A stretch of DNA of 64,000 nt from Octopus vulgaris (lineage: Eukaryota). The notes below the pieces were generated by a model. The model worked only from the letters and a program-made list of their open reading frames with translations, searched no databases and was not told the origin of the DNA. Positions 14,723-29,673 of this stretch are shown here, one piece after another (position 1 is the first letter of the stretch; each line of letters starts with the position of its first letter). The position numbers and the translations under genes were made by a program. The stretch spans positions 32,054,001 to 32,118,000 of the forward strand of contig OX597816.1 of assembly GCA_951406725.2 (NCBI GenBank), in the 5' to 3' direction.

Positions 14723-16020
14723 GAAAGACTATATATACAAAGGTGGTAGAGGCCTTATACAACTGGAAAACTACTATAAAATAACCACCATAGGATTGCA
14801 AAAATATCTACTTCAGAAGGAAGGAAAACTGATACAAATAGCGGCAAAACACAGGCAAAATAAAAAACTGTTCTTAGTATTTAAGGATGCTGACAAATAC
14901 AAACAACAAATCATACCACCTAATAAATATGAAGAAGAAGAAGAAGAAGAAGAAGAAGAAGAAGAAGAAGAAGAAGAAGAAGAAGAAGAAGAAGAAGAAG
15001 AAGAAGAAGAAGAAGAAGAAGAAGAAGAAGAAGAAGAAGAAGAAGAAGAAGAAGAAGAAGAAGAAGAAGAAGAAGAAGAAGAAGAAACAACAAAAGCTAT
15101 AAAACAAACGAAATCCTAACTAGAAATTGAACAACAACGAACCATGATAAAACGAAGGCAAGAAAAGCCCCTTCGTGGTAAATACTGGACTAATCTAAAC
15201 GCAAAAGAAATAGACAAAGAAAAATCCCAGCAATGGTTGAGAAGCTCAGGATTAAAAGCAGAAACAGAGGGATTTTTAATTGCAGCACAAGACCAAAGCC
15301 TCCCCACCAGAAATTACCAAAAACATGTAATGAAAAGAAATATAACAAGTAACTGCAGAATATGTGGAGATGGACAAGAAACAATAAATCATATTATCTC
15401 TAGCTGCCCAGTTCTGGCTAAGAAGGAATATATTCACAGACATGACAGAGTTGGAACCTACATACATTGGAAGCTATGCCAACATTATGGAATAACAACA
15501 GGAAAAAGATGGTATAGGCACACACCAGAAAAGGTCACAGAAAACGAGAAAGCAACCATACTCTGGTATATGGCGATACACACAGATAGAGAAATTAAGG
15601 CCAACAGACCAGATATAGTTGTCAAAGATCATGAAGAAAAAAAATGCTTTCTAATTGATGTATCAATATCGGCTGATGACAACGTGTCTCTAAAATAAAT
15701 GGAGAAACTTTCAAAATACAAAGTCCTGGAAATAGAGGTAACCAGAATGTGGAATCTAAAAACAGAAACAATTCCTATCATAGTAGGTGCATTAGGCATG
15801 ATAAAAAATATTCAGACAAATACATAACAAAAACACCAGGACTTACAAACACATATAACATACAGAAAATTGCACTACTAGGCACTGCACACATCCTACG
15901 CAGAACACTTTCCATACAATAACCATCAGAGCATCACAACAAATCACAGCACATACCTAAGGCACACAGATCTGCGCTCGGTAGTGAAGTGAAAGCACGC
16001 TATAAAAATAAAACTACTGA
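14722..16020 (+). mobile_element. R4/Dong-type RLE LINE, 5'-truncated, inserted in (TAA)n
   Basis: ETEGFLIAAQDQ, CCHC knuckle CRICG..ETINHIISSC, RHD, RLE motif RPDIVV..LIDVSI and GTAHILR. In-frame stops at 15117 and 15696. (TAA)n on both flanks, the known Dong target. Confidence 0.9.
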
Positions 16021-16058
16021 ATAATAATAATAATAATAACATCAATAATAATAAGAAC

Positions 16059-16119
<61 letters not shown>

Positions 16120-16251
16120 TCAATAATAATAAAAACAATAATACTATTGATAATAATAATAATAATAATAATAATTATAATAATAATAAAAATAATAATA
16201 AGAATAATGACAATAATAATAATGATAAGAATAATGACAATAATAATAATG

Positions 16252-16285
<34 letters not shown>

Positions 16286-16340
16286 TAATAATAATAATAA
16301 TAATAATATTAATAATAATAAAACAATAATAATAATGATG

Positions 16341-16423
<83 letters not shown>

Positions 16424-16424
<1 letters not shown>

Positions 16425-16962
16425 GCCTTGATACAGTACTATACAGTGGCTCTCGTTGCTTCTGATCTCAATTGATTGGAAGTGTTATTATGTACATCGT
16501 TTTGTCTTGGTATAAAAGATGGGCTGCAGCAAAATTTCTCTCCAATACCACAGATTTGCCTGCGATTTGTTTGACCTTAACCAGTGGGCCATGTCCCTTA
16601 GTGGCTGACGATATGTGCATCTCTGAACAAGAGCAGAAGTACTGGGGGTGCATAATAACTGTGTGTTGAAAGAATTCTAGAAGGTTTGGATAATTCACTC
16701 TTGGAAACATGGGTGGTTCGTTCATCATCCTTAAACTATCCTTATTCGGTGACCTTTTGAGCAGGATAGGTTACTCGACCAGATGAACATTCTAACTGGG
16801 CCCCACCTGCAAGGTCATGCGCTGTTTATCTTGATATGAGATCATCATGGTCTGAGGCATGTGCGTGGTGTACCTGTATCAGATGGAAAATTATGATGGG
16901 TATACTGGGCTTTGTATATTTTACCCCAGTGTCACTTTGATGACATGCACTGCTCTCTCACA
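16424..16962. mobile_element. Unclassified ~540-bp interspersed element embedded in (TAA)n
   Basis: Higher-complexity block with sharp edges and (TAA)n on both sides; no convincing ORF. Confidence 0.45.
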
Positions 16963-16963
16963 C

Positions 16964-17063
<100 letters not shown>

Positions 17064-19119
17064 TTAAGATGAGGATGAAGAAGACGGAGAATAAGTAGAA
17101 GGAGAAGAAGAAGAAGAAGAAGAAGGAGGAGGGGGAGGAGAAGGAGAAGGCGAAGAAGAAGAAGAAGAAGAAGAAGAACAACAACAACAACAACAACAAC
17201 AACAACGACAACGACAAGAACCACAACAGAGGGAATTTTCTTTCTAAGCAGTTCGGTTCAGGACGTCGGCTTTCATGCCCTGTATAACTTGTAAATGTTT
17301 ACCACAAATAAGGAAATAGTCTAGCACTATACAGAGTGCAAAACTTACCAAATAACAAGGGAGATCTGCCTAGGGTTACATAAAAGTTGACACACAGTTG
17401 TCGGTTTCCACTCTTGTCAAATTCAGCTTCATTAAGACGTTAAGCCTCTTTATGATATACTGGCATGATGGCATGAAGGAGCACATTCTAGCTCGCTGAC
17501 CCTCCTCTTTTTCCCTCCAGTAAGCTTACCTCGGTCCATGAATGATAAATGTTTCGACTTTACTGGCCACAAATATGGTTTCTGCCCAGCCGCTGACATA
17601 AAATTATTGACTTTTTACGTAATCCTGATGTAGAGGTCTACAGGATGTGCTGATAAGATATATGATTACTGTCAAGAAAACGAGGTCAGCATGTGTCGAG
17701 CATTTGCGTAGCTCAGAAATGAGTTGTGAGAATTTTACATCCCACTTTCCAATCAGCGATATCCACACAGATCTCTCGAACATCTAAGAGACCAAGTCAC
17801 ATTATCACTGAGACGATAAAAGATTAGTATTTCACCGGAAGATTTAAGTGTGTCTAATAACGATGTAACCACCTTAGTCTCGAGACAAAATGGAAAATTC
17901 AAAAGCAATTACAGATCTCAGAAGGGAGAGAATTGATCCTTGGTTGCGACGTCTCTAGGAAATCTTTAAAATGCAACTAATTGACTGTTTTTCAACGAAG
18001 AGTGTCTACCGTTTAAAAATAAAGCATATGTAATAAGCAAACAAGTATGGAAAGGAAAATCGATACTAATTTAGCGCCCAATTACATGCCTTCCAATTAT
18101 ACGGGATATCGTAACAAGCATAACTCCGGAGGGAATGTGCTAACATCTAAATGATAAATATGCATACTTAATGAAATGGAAGTCTATGAAAAAACTGAGC
18201 GACGTTTGGAAATATATTTCTTTGCCTATACACATCCTGTGTTGGAACAGACACATTGTTGTTCTTATATTTATTACAACTTTTAATACCCCAGTTATTA
18301 AAGATACAGATCATCATATACTTAACAGCCTTATTACTTTATTGCATATTTATTACTTTATTGTATTTTGAAATTTATGCCCTACCTCCGGGGTAATATG
18401 TAAATTAGAAAAGATCGAAATGTCTTTCAGAACGAATCCATGAAGATAAACATATCCAACAGTGATTTAACCGGACACATGTCATGTACCAATGCAGGTA
18501 CAAGTTAATCCTATTTGACACCACAATTCCGCAATATGAACTACGAAAGACAGGTGCCGCTGCAATGGATCTTGTGAATAAGCTCTGATGGAGTAATAAC
18601 TAGGGCCCAGTAACGACAGGGCTCTCCGTCTCGTTGCCCCTGATGATATTTATTTATACCATCTTTTTTGTAATTATTTTATTTTTGCAATTATTCTTAC
18701 CAAGAAATTGGTCTTGTACTAAAATACAAACTTGTGCTTTCCGATTTCTTAGCAAAATAAAATCTGCTAGCTTTTACTTTATGTCAAATCTGAATGGGTA
18801 TTTGGTTAAAGTCGTTTTCTTGTTCATTACTTTTCTTCAGAATAATTGGAGACATTTTATTTTGTTCCCATAGCATAACACGGCGATTTGAGTGGTCTTG
18901 CTGTCATTTTATATTCATAAATATTCTCAGAAGACACAATTGGCCTTGGGACATTGTCATTTTCGCAGACGAAAATTATTTGTGTCGTGCGGTGCATGAA
19001 GTAATAATATTATATTATATTATAAACTACTGACTTATCGCAGAAAATAGCAGGCTTATTTCCTTATATCATACGCATATTCAAGTGAAATATTATAACA
19101 TCGTATTCCATGCACAAAA

Positions 19120-19445
<326 letters not shown>

Positions 19446-19581
19446 TAGTTTGTAGAAATGGCAAAGAAACGACGATGTGCTAGGAAACGATCCGATGCGC
19501 CGGCACTTACAATCACATGCAAATTATATACTGCGAGCTGTACCTGTATAAAGTTGAGCAAACGTGTGTGTGTATATGTGC

Positions 19582-19790
19582 CCGAGGTCTGACCAACAGG
19601 TATACGGATTGTTGCCATAGTAATGAAGCAAAATATGCAGAAGAAAACCGCTTGACATACATCCACCCTGAACGGTGCTGTGCATGTACACTAAGTTTCA
19701 AGGATCTAGCTCACTTCCGCTGTTTACAGAAATGCTTAGAAGGAATGTGTGTAGCGTGTGATTGTCGCATTGACCATGATAGAGAAAGTT
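19582..19790 (+). mobile_element. Left end of the mariner family seen at 12227
   Basis: CGAGGTCTGACCAAC...CATAGTAATGAAGCAAAA...GGATCTAGCTCACTTCCGC matches 12227-12430. Confidence 0.75.
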
Positions 19791-19881
19791 GTTTTCTTGT
19801 AGTCTTCCTAGACATTCTGCTGCTGTTGCTGTTGTTGCTGCTGTTACTAATACTATTATTATTATTACTATCACCACTACA

Positions 19882-19918
<37 letters not shown>

Positions 19919-19975
19919 AATACTACTGCAACAACTACTAATACTACTACAACAACTAATACTATAACAACAAAA

Positions 19976-20034
<59 letters not shown>

Positions 20035-21688
20035 ATGTTTTATTGTCCTACTCCTAAATATCATCACCATCAATTTCATGGAGGAGATTTTAACTCCGAA
20101 GTGATTTTATCAGTTTCGGATTCTTTTTAACCATTTTGTTTAAAATGTACTGTTTCTTTTGATCTTGAGTTTTTGTTCACCACCAAAACCACCACCACCA
20201 CCACCACAACCGCAACCACCACAAAACATTACGCTACGTATAGTATCACTTGATGAACTCCAGAAAGCGTAAAATAATGTCGTGATAAGCACACTTGGGT
20301 TAAACAATAAAAGCAACAAGGAGGGTCAAGGATCTGAATATTGTAGCTAGTTCCAGCTGCTCAGACTTACCCACTGTTCACATTTCCAAACATTATGACA
20401 CACAGAAAAAAAATTGCCGCATACTTAGTGCCACACACGCCAGTGAAAAGCGAAGTACGGTATCGAGAATCTATGTGATCTACTACCAAAGAATAACACT
20501 TCTATTTCACATCTCACCGGATGATACTGGAGGGAAAAACAGGCACAAATAAACGAAAATAAATAAAATGTTGGATTTTCTAGGCAAACTTAAATGTCTA
20601 GATAATAAATGAAGACAGTAAGTAGCTCTCAGATTGTACGAAGTATCTGCTGATACGGAAGTGCTTTTGGAGGGCTGTAGAAGAAAAAAAACGAAAATTC
20701 AGAATTTCTTACGGGCGTGTAGGAAATTTGGAAGCATCGTAAAAATCGCAAAATGTCACAGTGTTGGTGCAAAATATACCAACAATATGCATAGGCATAT
20801 CGAGGTACACTCCAGGGGACGTGAGATATCTTGACTTTTGGAAGAAATTGCACTTCATATTTGACGATATACGAATACTGAGCGATTGATAGGTATTAGT
20901 CATGGTACAAGTGTATCCGATTTGCAATACAACTCAATGTAATACACTTATGTTATGCAGATGATTTCGCCCGTGTTTCAATGTATACAGTGTGTTATTA
21001 TTTTACCACAAAATTTTTGTTTTATTTAAATATACATCAAATATTTGGAAATATTTTTCAATGACATTTTCTCGTATAAATGCCGGCCCTTGAGGTTAAT
21101 ACAACAATACTTATTATTAATATTATTCACGAAAGTTCATTTATTGTGTGCAAAGTTTTGTAATATTAATAAACAGGACGTTACTCGAAAGAAGAAATGA
21201 AAGAAAACCTCAAATTCAAGAATATGTTTTAATATCAATAGCAACATCTTAAAGACAATTTAAATGATCTCATCCGTAAAGTAATAAATTGCTTGCAATC
21301 ATTTATATTTCAAAGAACTGCTTCTACAATATTAAATAATAATGAAAAGGTAGCAACTTGATGTTTTCTGCTTTCGTCGAAAAATGGAAAACAAGCATAC
21401 GATATATTAATGTCAATTATTGTCCCTTAGTTTCCAGCTGAGAAGTTTTGCTGTCGTTAATCTTCTGAAATAGAGAATGTTCCGAGTGAAATTAATGTAA
21501 TATTTTTTTTTCTTTACGAGGAATAATAGCTAAGTTAATCTCACACATTTTCCTATGCTGCATTCATTCTAGTTGTGAGCAGAAGATATTTAGAGTAATG
21601 GAGAATATAGGCTGCAGTAAAAAAAATTTTCATAAAGAATTATTGGATATATTTACGCATAAGCACACGCAGACACACAGACACACAG

Positions 21689-21751
<63 letters not shown>

Positions 21752-22060
21752 ATTGTCGGTTTGTGCTGCAATATATTTCAATATTTTAAATCATATATTT
21801 CACATCTTGCTCTATGAGAAACTATTTGTAATTATGCCCTTCCGATTGCAAATATACGTTTATAGTTGCATATCGTGTTTGCTTACATTCAGCTTATGAG
21901 TAGTTTGGTGATCGTGTCTGAAACTATCATTCCAATTCCCATTTCTTAAAGAGCAAAAGAAAAGTTGACCAACCTGCATCATATTAAAAAAACCTAATCA
22001 TGTTTTAATCTTCCATGTAAAATAAATAGAACACAACCATGTTTCAATAATTTACCAGGG

Positions 22061-22182
<122 letters not shown>

Positions 22183-22619
22183 CAGCAAAGAAAAATACTC
22201 ACCATTGCAATACTCGAAATGTATGCAGATTGATAAACATTTATCTATTCCAACGTTTAAAATCGTATACATATATTTGCAACAATGTAATTGGGACAAA
22301 ATGAAGGTGTATTTCTGATGTCATATATCACGAACAAAGAGTAACATGCAGCATGTCGCTATAACAAATATTATTTATTGCAATTTCAACTTGTTTTGCT
22401 GGTGCAGCTTCGTACTATTCGTGGTGTTTTTCGGTGATACGTTTGCCATTCAAACAGTTCGCATAGGAAATTGCATTACTTAGCAGAGCTTCTATACATC
22501 AGGTGGATACTGAGAGCACTTTTAAAAACTCGGTTGTCTACACGTTAGGCGGTAGTGTATATTTAAAATAGTTTTAATAGCAAGCCATGTTGTCAAGGAA
22601 ACCTTAGTTTTTAATCCTT

Positions 22620-22773
22620 AAATTATAAATCCAATTTACCATGAATAGTCTCAGTGAGTATTTTTCTACAAAAATTAAGCACATCATCAGACACTCGACA
22701 AATATCGAAAATTTAACCATTCTCATCTCATTAGATACAAAAAGGCTCTACGATAACATAATTCAAGACACTC

Positions 22774-22775
<2 letters not shown>
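22620..22775 (+). pseudogene. Possible PLE RT fragment
   Basis: ILISLDTKRLYDNI resembles the PLE RT motif LVSFDVxSLYTNI; it ends at a (TA)n run. Confidence 0.35.
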
Positions 22776-22852
<77 letters not shown>

Positions 22853-23310
22853 TATATATATATAATTATGAATTTCCCAAGTCTCTGTAAATGAGTTGCT
22901 CGCTTCCTTACTCACCATGATACAAGATTGGCTCCATGTTATGATAAATTTCGAGTCTCTCAATTCTAACTTATTTTGTTTCTGATTTACACAGCAGTTT
23001 TCTTTGACGCATTAAGCGATAACCGACTAACTCCCATGACACACTGGCTGTCAATTATAAATAAGTTCAAATATATTTAGTAGTCCATCTTTAAAAGTTG
23101 CTAAAACCTACAGACCTCCGTAGTATGTATGCAGTCCGATATGAGGACATTATAAGTTATCAATGAAAGAAGCAAGTTAGGTACGTTCTAAAATAAAATT
23201 AATTCAAATACTCGAGAAATGCACAAGTTTGCTAAAGGTTTTTAGTATGATCAGTGAGAAGGAACTAATCGTGGACTCTCTATATCCGAACTTAAATATA
23301 TGTAACTCTA

Positions 23311-23697
23311 CTGGTGTCCCCAAAGTCCATCCCCTCCTCACCGTGGTTTGGGAGGCTGGCAACGGGTAGTGTAAGAGCTATGCCGTCGGGAACTTCAGTT
23401 CGTGGTTGGGCTACGCAAGGTGGATTGGTCTGACACTGAGTGGTATTAGAGCCACAAACCGGCAGACGGAGCTCTGGTGAAAATCCTCGGAGTGTCTGTT
23501 TCGGTAACCAGCGGCTCCTCGGTCATTCTGTCACTGCGTCTGCGCACAATCTGCGGCAAACAGGATGTCTCTAAATGCGGGAATGTTGGGGACCGCTTGT
23601 GAAATCCACATATTCCCACGAAACCTCTTCCATGGTAGAAGAAGCCGACTCAACCCGCCCAGGGTGAATGTCGCCACAAGTACAAGTAAGTAAGTAA
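23311..23697 (+). mobile_element. Non-autonomous retroposon/SINE-like element with (AAGT)n tail
   Basis: GC-richer ~390-bp island ending ACAAGTACAAGTAAGTAAGTAA. Confidence 0.5.
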
Positions 23698-24747
23698 CTC
23701 CACTGATTTACTTGATATTTAGACCAAAAATGTCGTCATATTGTACAGTTTATCTCCCGCTCACTTCTTAATTGAATAATTAATGAAACAAGTGCAAATT
23801 GCTAACTACTCATTTTGAGCCAAAAGTGTTTTGTTTGATATTTAGAAACAACCATGAATAGAAAACATATAATGTCGCAACATAACACTGAAAATTTTAA
23901 ATGAACATACAGCGGAATACAATAACCTCATACTACGAAATTATTAAAAGAATTTACAACACTAATTAAAATGGTCTACACTCGGTCAATGGTGCTGAAG
24001 TGGGGGTTAATAAAACATTTAGAAAAATACTACGAATATGAATTTCAGTTTGATTCGTGGTCTTATGCTATTTCATCGAGATTCATCCACTGAATTACCG
24101 CCGTAAGAAGGTTTTCTACTCACCTTTAGAAGTTTACTACAGAACTATATAGAGAAATCTGATTAGAAAACAAAAAATAGACGGATCTTTCTTAAATAGA
24201 ATATTATTTAGTGAAAAGTAGTGTCTAAATAACAAATATGTGTTTCTTGATGTTTTATAGCTGTGCACCCTAATATGAAGGGCAACATGGAATCTGAAGA
24301 ATTAACAAAAGATGGAAAAATGGAATGAAACAATATGAAAGAATAACAAACAAATATTTTATGACTTCCAATGGGACTAATTCCATTGAAGATTGTTCAC
24401 TCACAAACAAGTTATGCGCAAACTCCTTTATGCATTAGCTGCAACTATTCAGAAATATTATGTTTTTCTTTTTTTAATGTAATATATCAGTTCTGTGATA
24501 GGAAGAGAGAATATCTTGAAACGATCTTAAAGAGGCTCCTATTGTTAAGGTGCAATTCCTGTTGAAACATCAATCAACAGTAGATAATATTGTTTAAATC
24601 AGTGAAGACATACAATAATTTGACAATACCAACGTTTAACTATTCTTCATTGCAACGGTTTATTCTTGGCTTTTGATTATTCTCAATTTCCTCATTTATA
24701 TAAATGTTAAATGCGGTCTCGTTTTGGCATGTTGTAGCATATTCCTT

Positions 24748-25530
24748 CTATTCTAGGCACAAGGCCTGAAAGTTATAGAGAGGAGGCCAGTCAATAAGCT
24801 CGACACCGTTACGCAGTTGGTACTTCATTTTTCGACATCGAAAGGACGAAAGGCAAAGGCGACCTCGGCGGAATTTGATCCCAGAACGTAGCGGCAGACG
24901 CAATACCTATTTCTTTACTACCCACTAGGGGCTAAACACAGAAAGGACAAACAAGGACAGACAAACGCATTAAGTCGATTATATCGACCCCAGTGCGTAG
25001 CTGGTACTTAATTTGTCGACCCCGAAAGGAAGAAAGGCAAATCGACCTCGGCGGAATTTGATCCCAGAATGTAGCGGCGGACGAAATACCTATTTCTTTA
25101 CTACCCACAAGGAGCTAAACACAGAGAGGACAAACAAGGACAGACAAACGGATTAAGTCGATTATATTTCGACCCCAGTGCATAGCTGGTACTTAATTTA
25201 TCGACCCCGAAAGGAAGAAAGTCAAAGTCGACCTCGGCGGAATTTGAACCCAGAACGTAGCGGCAGACGAAATACCGCTAAGCATTTCACCCAGCCTGCT
25301 AAAGTTTCTTATCTCTTTATTGCCCACAAGGGGCTAAACATAGATGGGACGAAGAAGGACAGACAGTGAGATTAAGTCAATTAGATCACCCCGGTGCGTA
25401 ACTGGTACTTAATTTATCGACAGGCAAAGTCGACCTCGGCGGAATTTCAAATCAGACCGTAAAGAGATACGAAATACCGCTGGGCATTTCTCCCGGGGTG
25501 CTAAAGTTTCGGCCAGCTCGTCGCCTTCAT
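24748..25530 (-). mobile_element. tRNA-derived SINE, multimerised (about four ~180-bp internal units)
   Basis: Repeated CTGGTACTTAATTTATCGACCCCGAAAGG..GTCGACCTCGGCGGAATTTG units. Head on the minus strand AAGGCGACGAGCTGGCCGAAACTTTAGC is A-box-like. Resembles octopus SINEs (recollection, not a search result). Confidence 0.75.
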
Positions 25531-26130
25531 GCGGTTGTGTATTGAGACCAACTTTGAAATTATGTAAAGCGATCAATTACAGAATTTCAGCCCTTGTATC
25601 CACAAAAGTTGTAGGAAAAATTATTCGAAATCTTCATATTTTTTTTCTTTTTATCGAGTCAATTCAAAAGCAGCAACATGCGAAACTAACATTAGCAATC
25701 TCTATAATTTCCCCTTAACATAATCAATATAAGCAGCTCAGTATCCGACACTGAGTTTTTCTATGTTTTCTTTTTTCCTTATCTATGCATCATTTTCAAT
25801 GCTATAGCTTAAACTTTGCAAAATTTAAACCCAACTCAACGTGATCTGTTTTGTAGGCGTATTCTCTAATTTTTTTCATCGTATGAGACATAATTTGAGC
25901 GTATGTTTGTTACGCCTCTATTTGAAATCCACCACGCTAAGTTTAAATATACAAAGATCTATAGAGAATGTAAGCAATTTATTATCGACTATATATTTTT
26001 ATGTATGTGAATGTGTGTACGTATATGTATATATGAAGCATTATTATTAAAAGCATATCAGACTCGCACGCACCCCATCACACACTTTTTCGCTCATATG
26101 TAACTGTTTTTGTGGAACACATACACACGC

Positions 26131-26235
<105 letters not shown>

Positions 26236-26622
26236 TCAGTTAACTTTCAAATGTTAATAAATCGTGAAAATTTATAGTAATTTCACACGTATTAGAATAA
26301 TTTAGATTTAACGTGAAGTTAGATAGTGAGGCGTAAAGCACGGCCCAATGTATTAAATTTACGTCCTTATGATTCAAATCTCGGCCAAATACACATTAAG
26401 TTACATGCATCTCAAAATTCTAGACTGCTCCTCCAAGGTCGAGTGCTAGAATCATTAGAGTGTCGAACTGAAAGCTTGCAGAATTTGATCTCTTTTTTCA
26501 TTCTTAGTTCCTAGAAGCCCGATTTAGCACAAATACCTGAAAAAATCGGTGTGATTAGCAAATGAGTGTGATACGTAGTAACTTTTCAGACTGGTTTATT
26601 GATCTTATAATAATTTCCTACT

Positions 26623-26978
26623 TCAAGGTGGCGAGCTAGCAGAAACGTTTGCACGCCGGGCGAAATGCTTAGCAATATTTCGTCTGCTAAGACTTTACCT
26701 TTCATCAATTCGGGTTCGATAAATAAAGTACCAGTTACGCACTGGGGTCAATATAATCGACTTAATCCGTTTGTCTGTCGTTGTTTGTCCTCTCTGTGTT
26801 TAGCTCTTTGTGGGTAGTAAAGAAATAGATATTTCGTCTGTCTTTACGTTCTGATTTCAAATTCGACCGAGGTTTGACTTTACCTTTCATCCTTTAGGAG
26901 TCGACAAATTTAGTACCAGTTGCGTTCTGGGGTCGATCTAATCGACGGGCACTAAAATTTCGGGCCTTGTACCTAGAG
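26623..26978 (+). mobile_element. Same SINE family, opposite orientation
   Basis: AAGGTGGCGAGCTAGCAGAAACG...GACTTTACCTTTCATC..GTCGACAAATTTAGTACCAG...GGCCTTGTACCTAGA is the reverse complement of the 24748-25530 family. Confidence 0.75.
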
Positions 26979-29459
26979 CATTTCATTTCTTTCAGCCTTT
27001 GTCGGAGAACCAGCAAGTAACTCCATTCAAAAAGGGACTTACCAAAATGTTGGGCATGATAAAAATAGAAACCAAATGTACTTGTTTCTACATACACGTA
27101 CCCCAATCATGCCACATGATACCGACTTTAAAAGGAACATTGACCTCTTCGAGAATTTAGTGTGAATCATACTCAAGGAATATGGTGACGCGATAATTCT
27201 TTTAGCACCTTGGAACATATATGATAATATGAATGTTTTTCTATTATTTTATCAAAAGTAGCAACCGTTTGGAAATGTAATAACACAGGATAAGTAATTT
27301 TTGTGTTAAATGTTATGGTGAAAAAAAGACATGCAAAAATAAACAACTATTGGATATGGTAATGTCGAGGTTGTAATGTATTCCGGTGATATATATTTTT
27401 TGTTACAGGAAAACAGTCATGCAGTGATAGTGCGATAACTCTAGTGAGAATTTGAATCTTAGCAAACATAGCATCTAGAAATATATCTCGCTTTTATACT
27501 AAAATATTTTATCAATCGGTTTATTTGCGCCATCACAAATATACCGTAATGAAATTTAATGAGTCTCATTTGATGCAAAATATGCCAATATCAATTTCAC
27601 ATTTATCTTGACTTAATTTAATGATGCAGGCCAGATTAACACACATGAAAAAATTTCTTTTTTATAAAATATGTTTGTTCATTCAGGCGTTTATTCAGAA
27701 TTTATAAGGCTTGAAAAGAGAGTCTCTGGAGACCTAAATTTACATTGCCCCGCAGATTTGATTCTTTTTTTGTGTTATATTATCAACAAATGATGGTATT
27801 TATAATACTGCTAAATTAACAATGACTGTATACATAACGACAATACAACGAATAATAGCCCTGAACAGTTTTAACATTGCTTTTCTTCAGTATGTGTTTT
27901 TAAATTACCGTATGATAAAGAATATGCTGTCTGTTATTCATCATATTTGCCTCCTGCTTATTTCTCTATCATTCTTCACTCTCCTCCTTCTACATTGCTT
28001 GGCAATCACCATCATCATCAACGTCACGATCATTATTGCTATCAACACTACCATTTTCATCATTATTATAGTCATCATCGTCTTCGTCGTCAACGTCTTT
28101 TTTGACATCACCATCAACCATTATCATCAACATCATCATCATCATCATCTTCAGCAACATTATCACCATCATCACCACCATCATCATCATCATTATTGTC
28201 ACCAGCACCAGCACCAGCACCACCACCAGCACCACCACCATCATCATCATCATCATCATCATCATCGTCACCACCACAACAAGCTCCCCCATTACCACCC
28301 CCGCCACCACCAACAACACCATCATCATTATCATCATCATTACCAACATCTAATTCATCATCTCCATCAACATCTTTCTTTTTGTTTGTTTCTTTTTTAT
28401 TTGCGAGAAGGGCCAGGCTATTATCAACAATTGCTTACGCCACACTAAAAGAATTGGGATTATGCCACTTCAAATATTTATTATCATTTGTACACTTTTA
28501 TCACAAATCAAGAACCTCATTTCCAGTAGCAGACAATACTTGAATCCTGGAGCAGATAAAATCATCCATTGTCTAGTTGTTGAAAACCTAATGGGGTACA
28601 TGTGTATTTTATGATTGGAGAGATAATTGAGGAAACAAGCTCAAATTCTACAGAACAACACACTGAATTTCATTGAATCATTTGTTCAACATGCTCTAAT
28701 ACATTGCCAAGAGAATGATGTGTGATTTTCGCTTGACCAATAGTGGCCATGAATACTGCTGCATTTCTTTTCCCAGGAATTATGTACTAGTTAAGGCTCA
28801 TTCTACAACCTCATTCCAAACAATGCTCACGATTTACCTTTGACAGAGTGCGTATGAAGACAGACTTGGGTCTACAGCTCTTCCAAGTACGGTATGGACA
28901 GCTGTCTTTTCCGTGATAATTAGTTATTCATCATGTTACTATATAATAATTATATTTTTGTATTTGATTTTTTTCAGATCGAGTATCGCAAAATTACATA
29001 GCATTTTGCGTAGCAAATTATTGACTAATCAACATAAAACTCCTTCGGAAAGTCATGAGTTACGTTTTGTAGCACCCATCAGTAAATGTCTTCAAGTGTC
29101 TATTGTCAATCGGTGAAGTACATACATGATCAATTTACCGACACAGCTGCGGAATTTCTCAGGAAAAATAAAGCAAAATATTGAATTGTTTTTACGTTTA
29201 TGAATCTGTTGGTAAATGACTACATATACAGTACAAAAAAGAGCACGCATTTTGAATGTTAACGTCGCTTGGATTTTCTGTTTGGACATCATCTATATGA
29301 CAGCTCCAAATTAGTAAAAATAAACGCTGAAAGCAACACAATTATAACGCATCTATTACCGTACACTTTTAAAGCTTATTCTATATCTTACAACAATACG
29401 GAACTAAAACTGAATAACAAACTTAATCACATATGCACCAGTTTAGTCACAATTGTACG

Positions 29460-29526
<67 letters not shown>

Positions 29527-29641
29527 TGAATAAATATATATACGTATATATGAATTTAAAATATAAGAGTAAAAAATTGAATATCAATTTGATTAACAAA
29601 CACACACACGCGCACACACAGACACACAGACACAGACACAG

Positions 29642-29673
<32 letters not shown>

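Noticed and set aside
24800-25460. CRISPR-like array
   Set aside because: The units repeat along their whole length with no unique spacers; eukaryotic SINE context and no cas genes.
28981-29115. Plus-strand exon after TTTTTTTCAG; similar isolated splice signals near 17345, 17520 and 20368
   Set aside because: No recognisable protein and no consistent exon chain; such signals arise by chance in AT-rich DNA.
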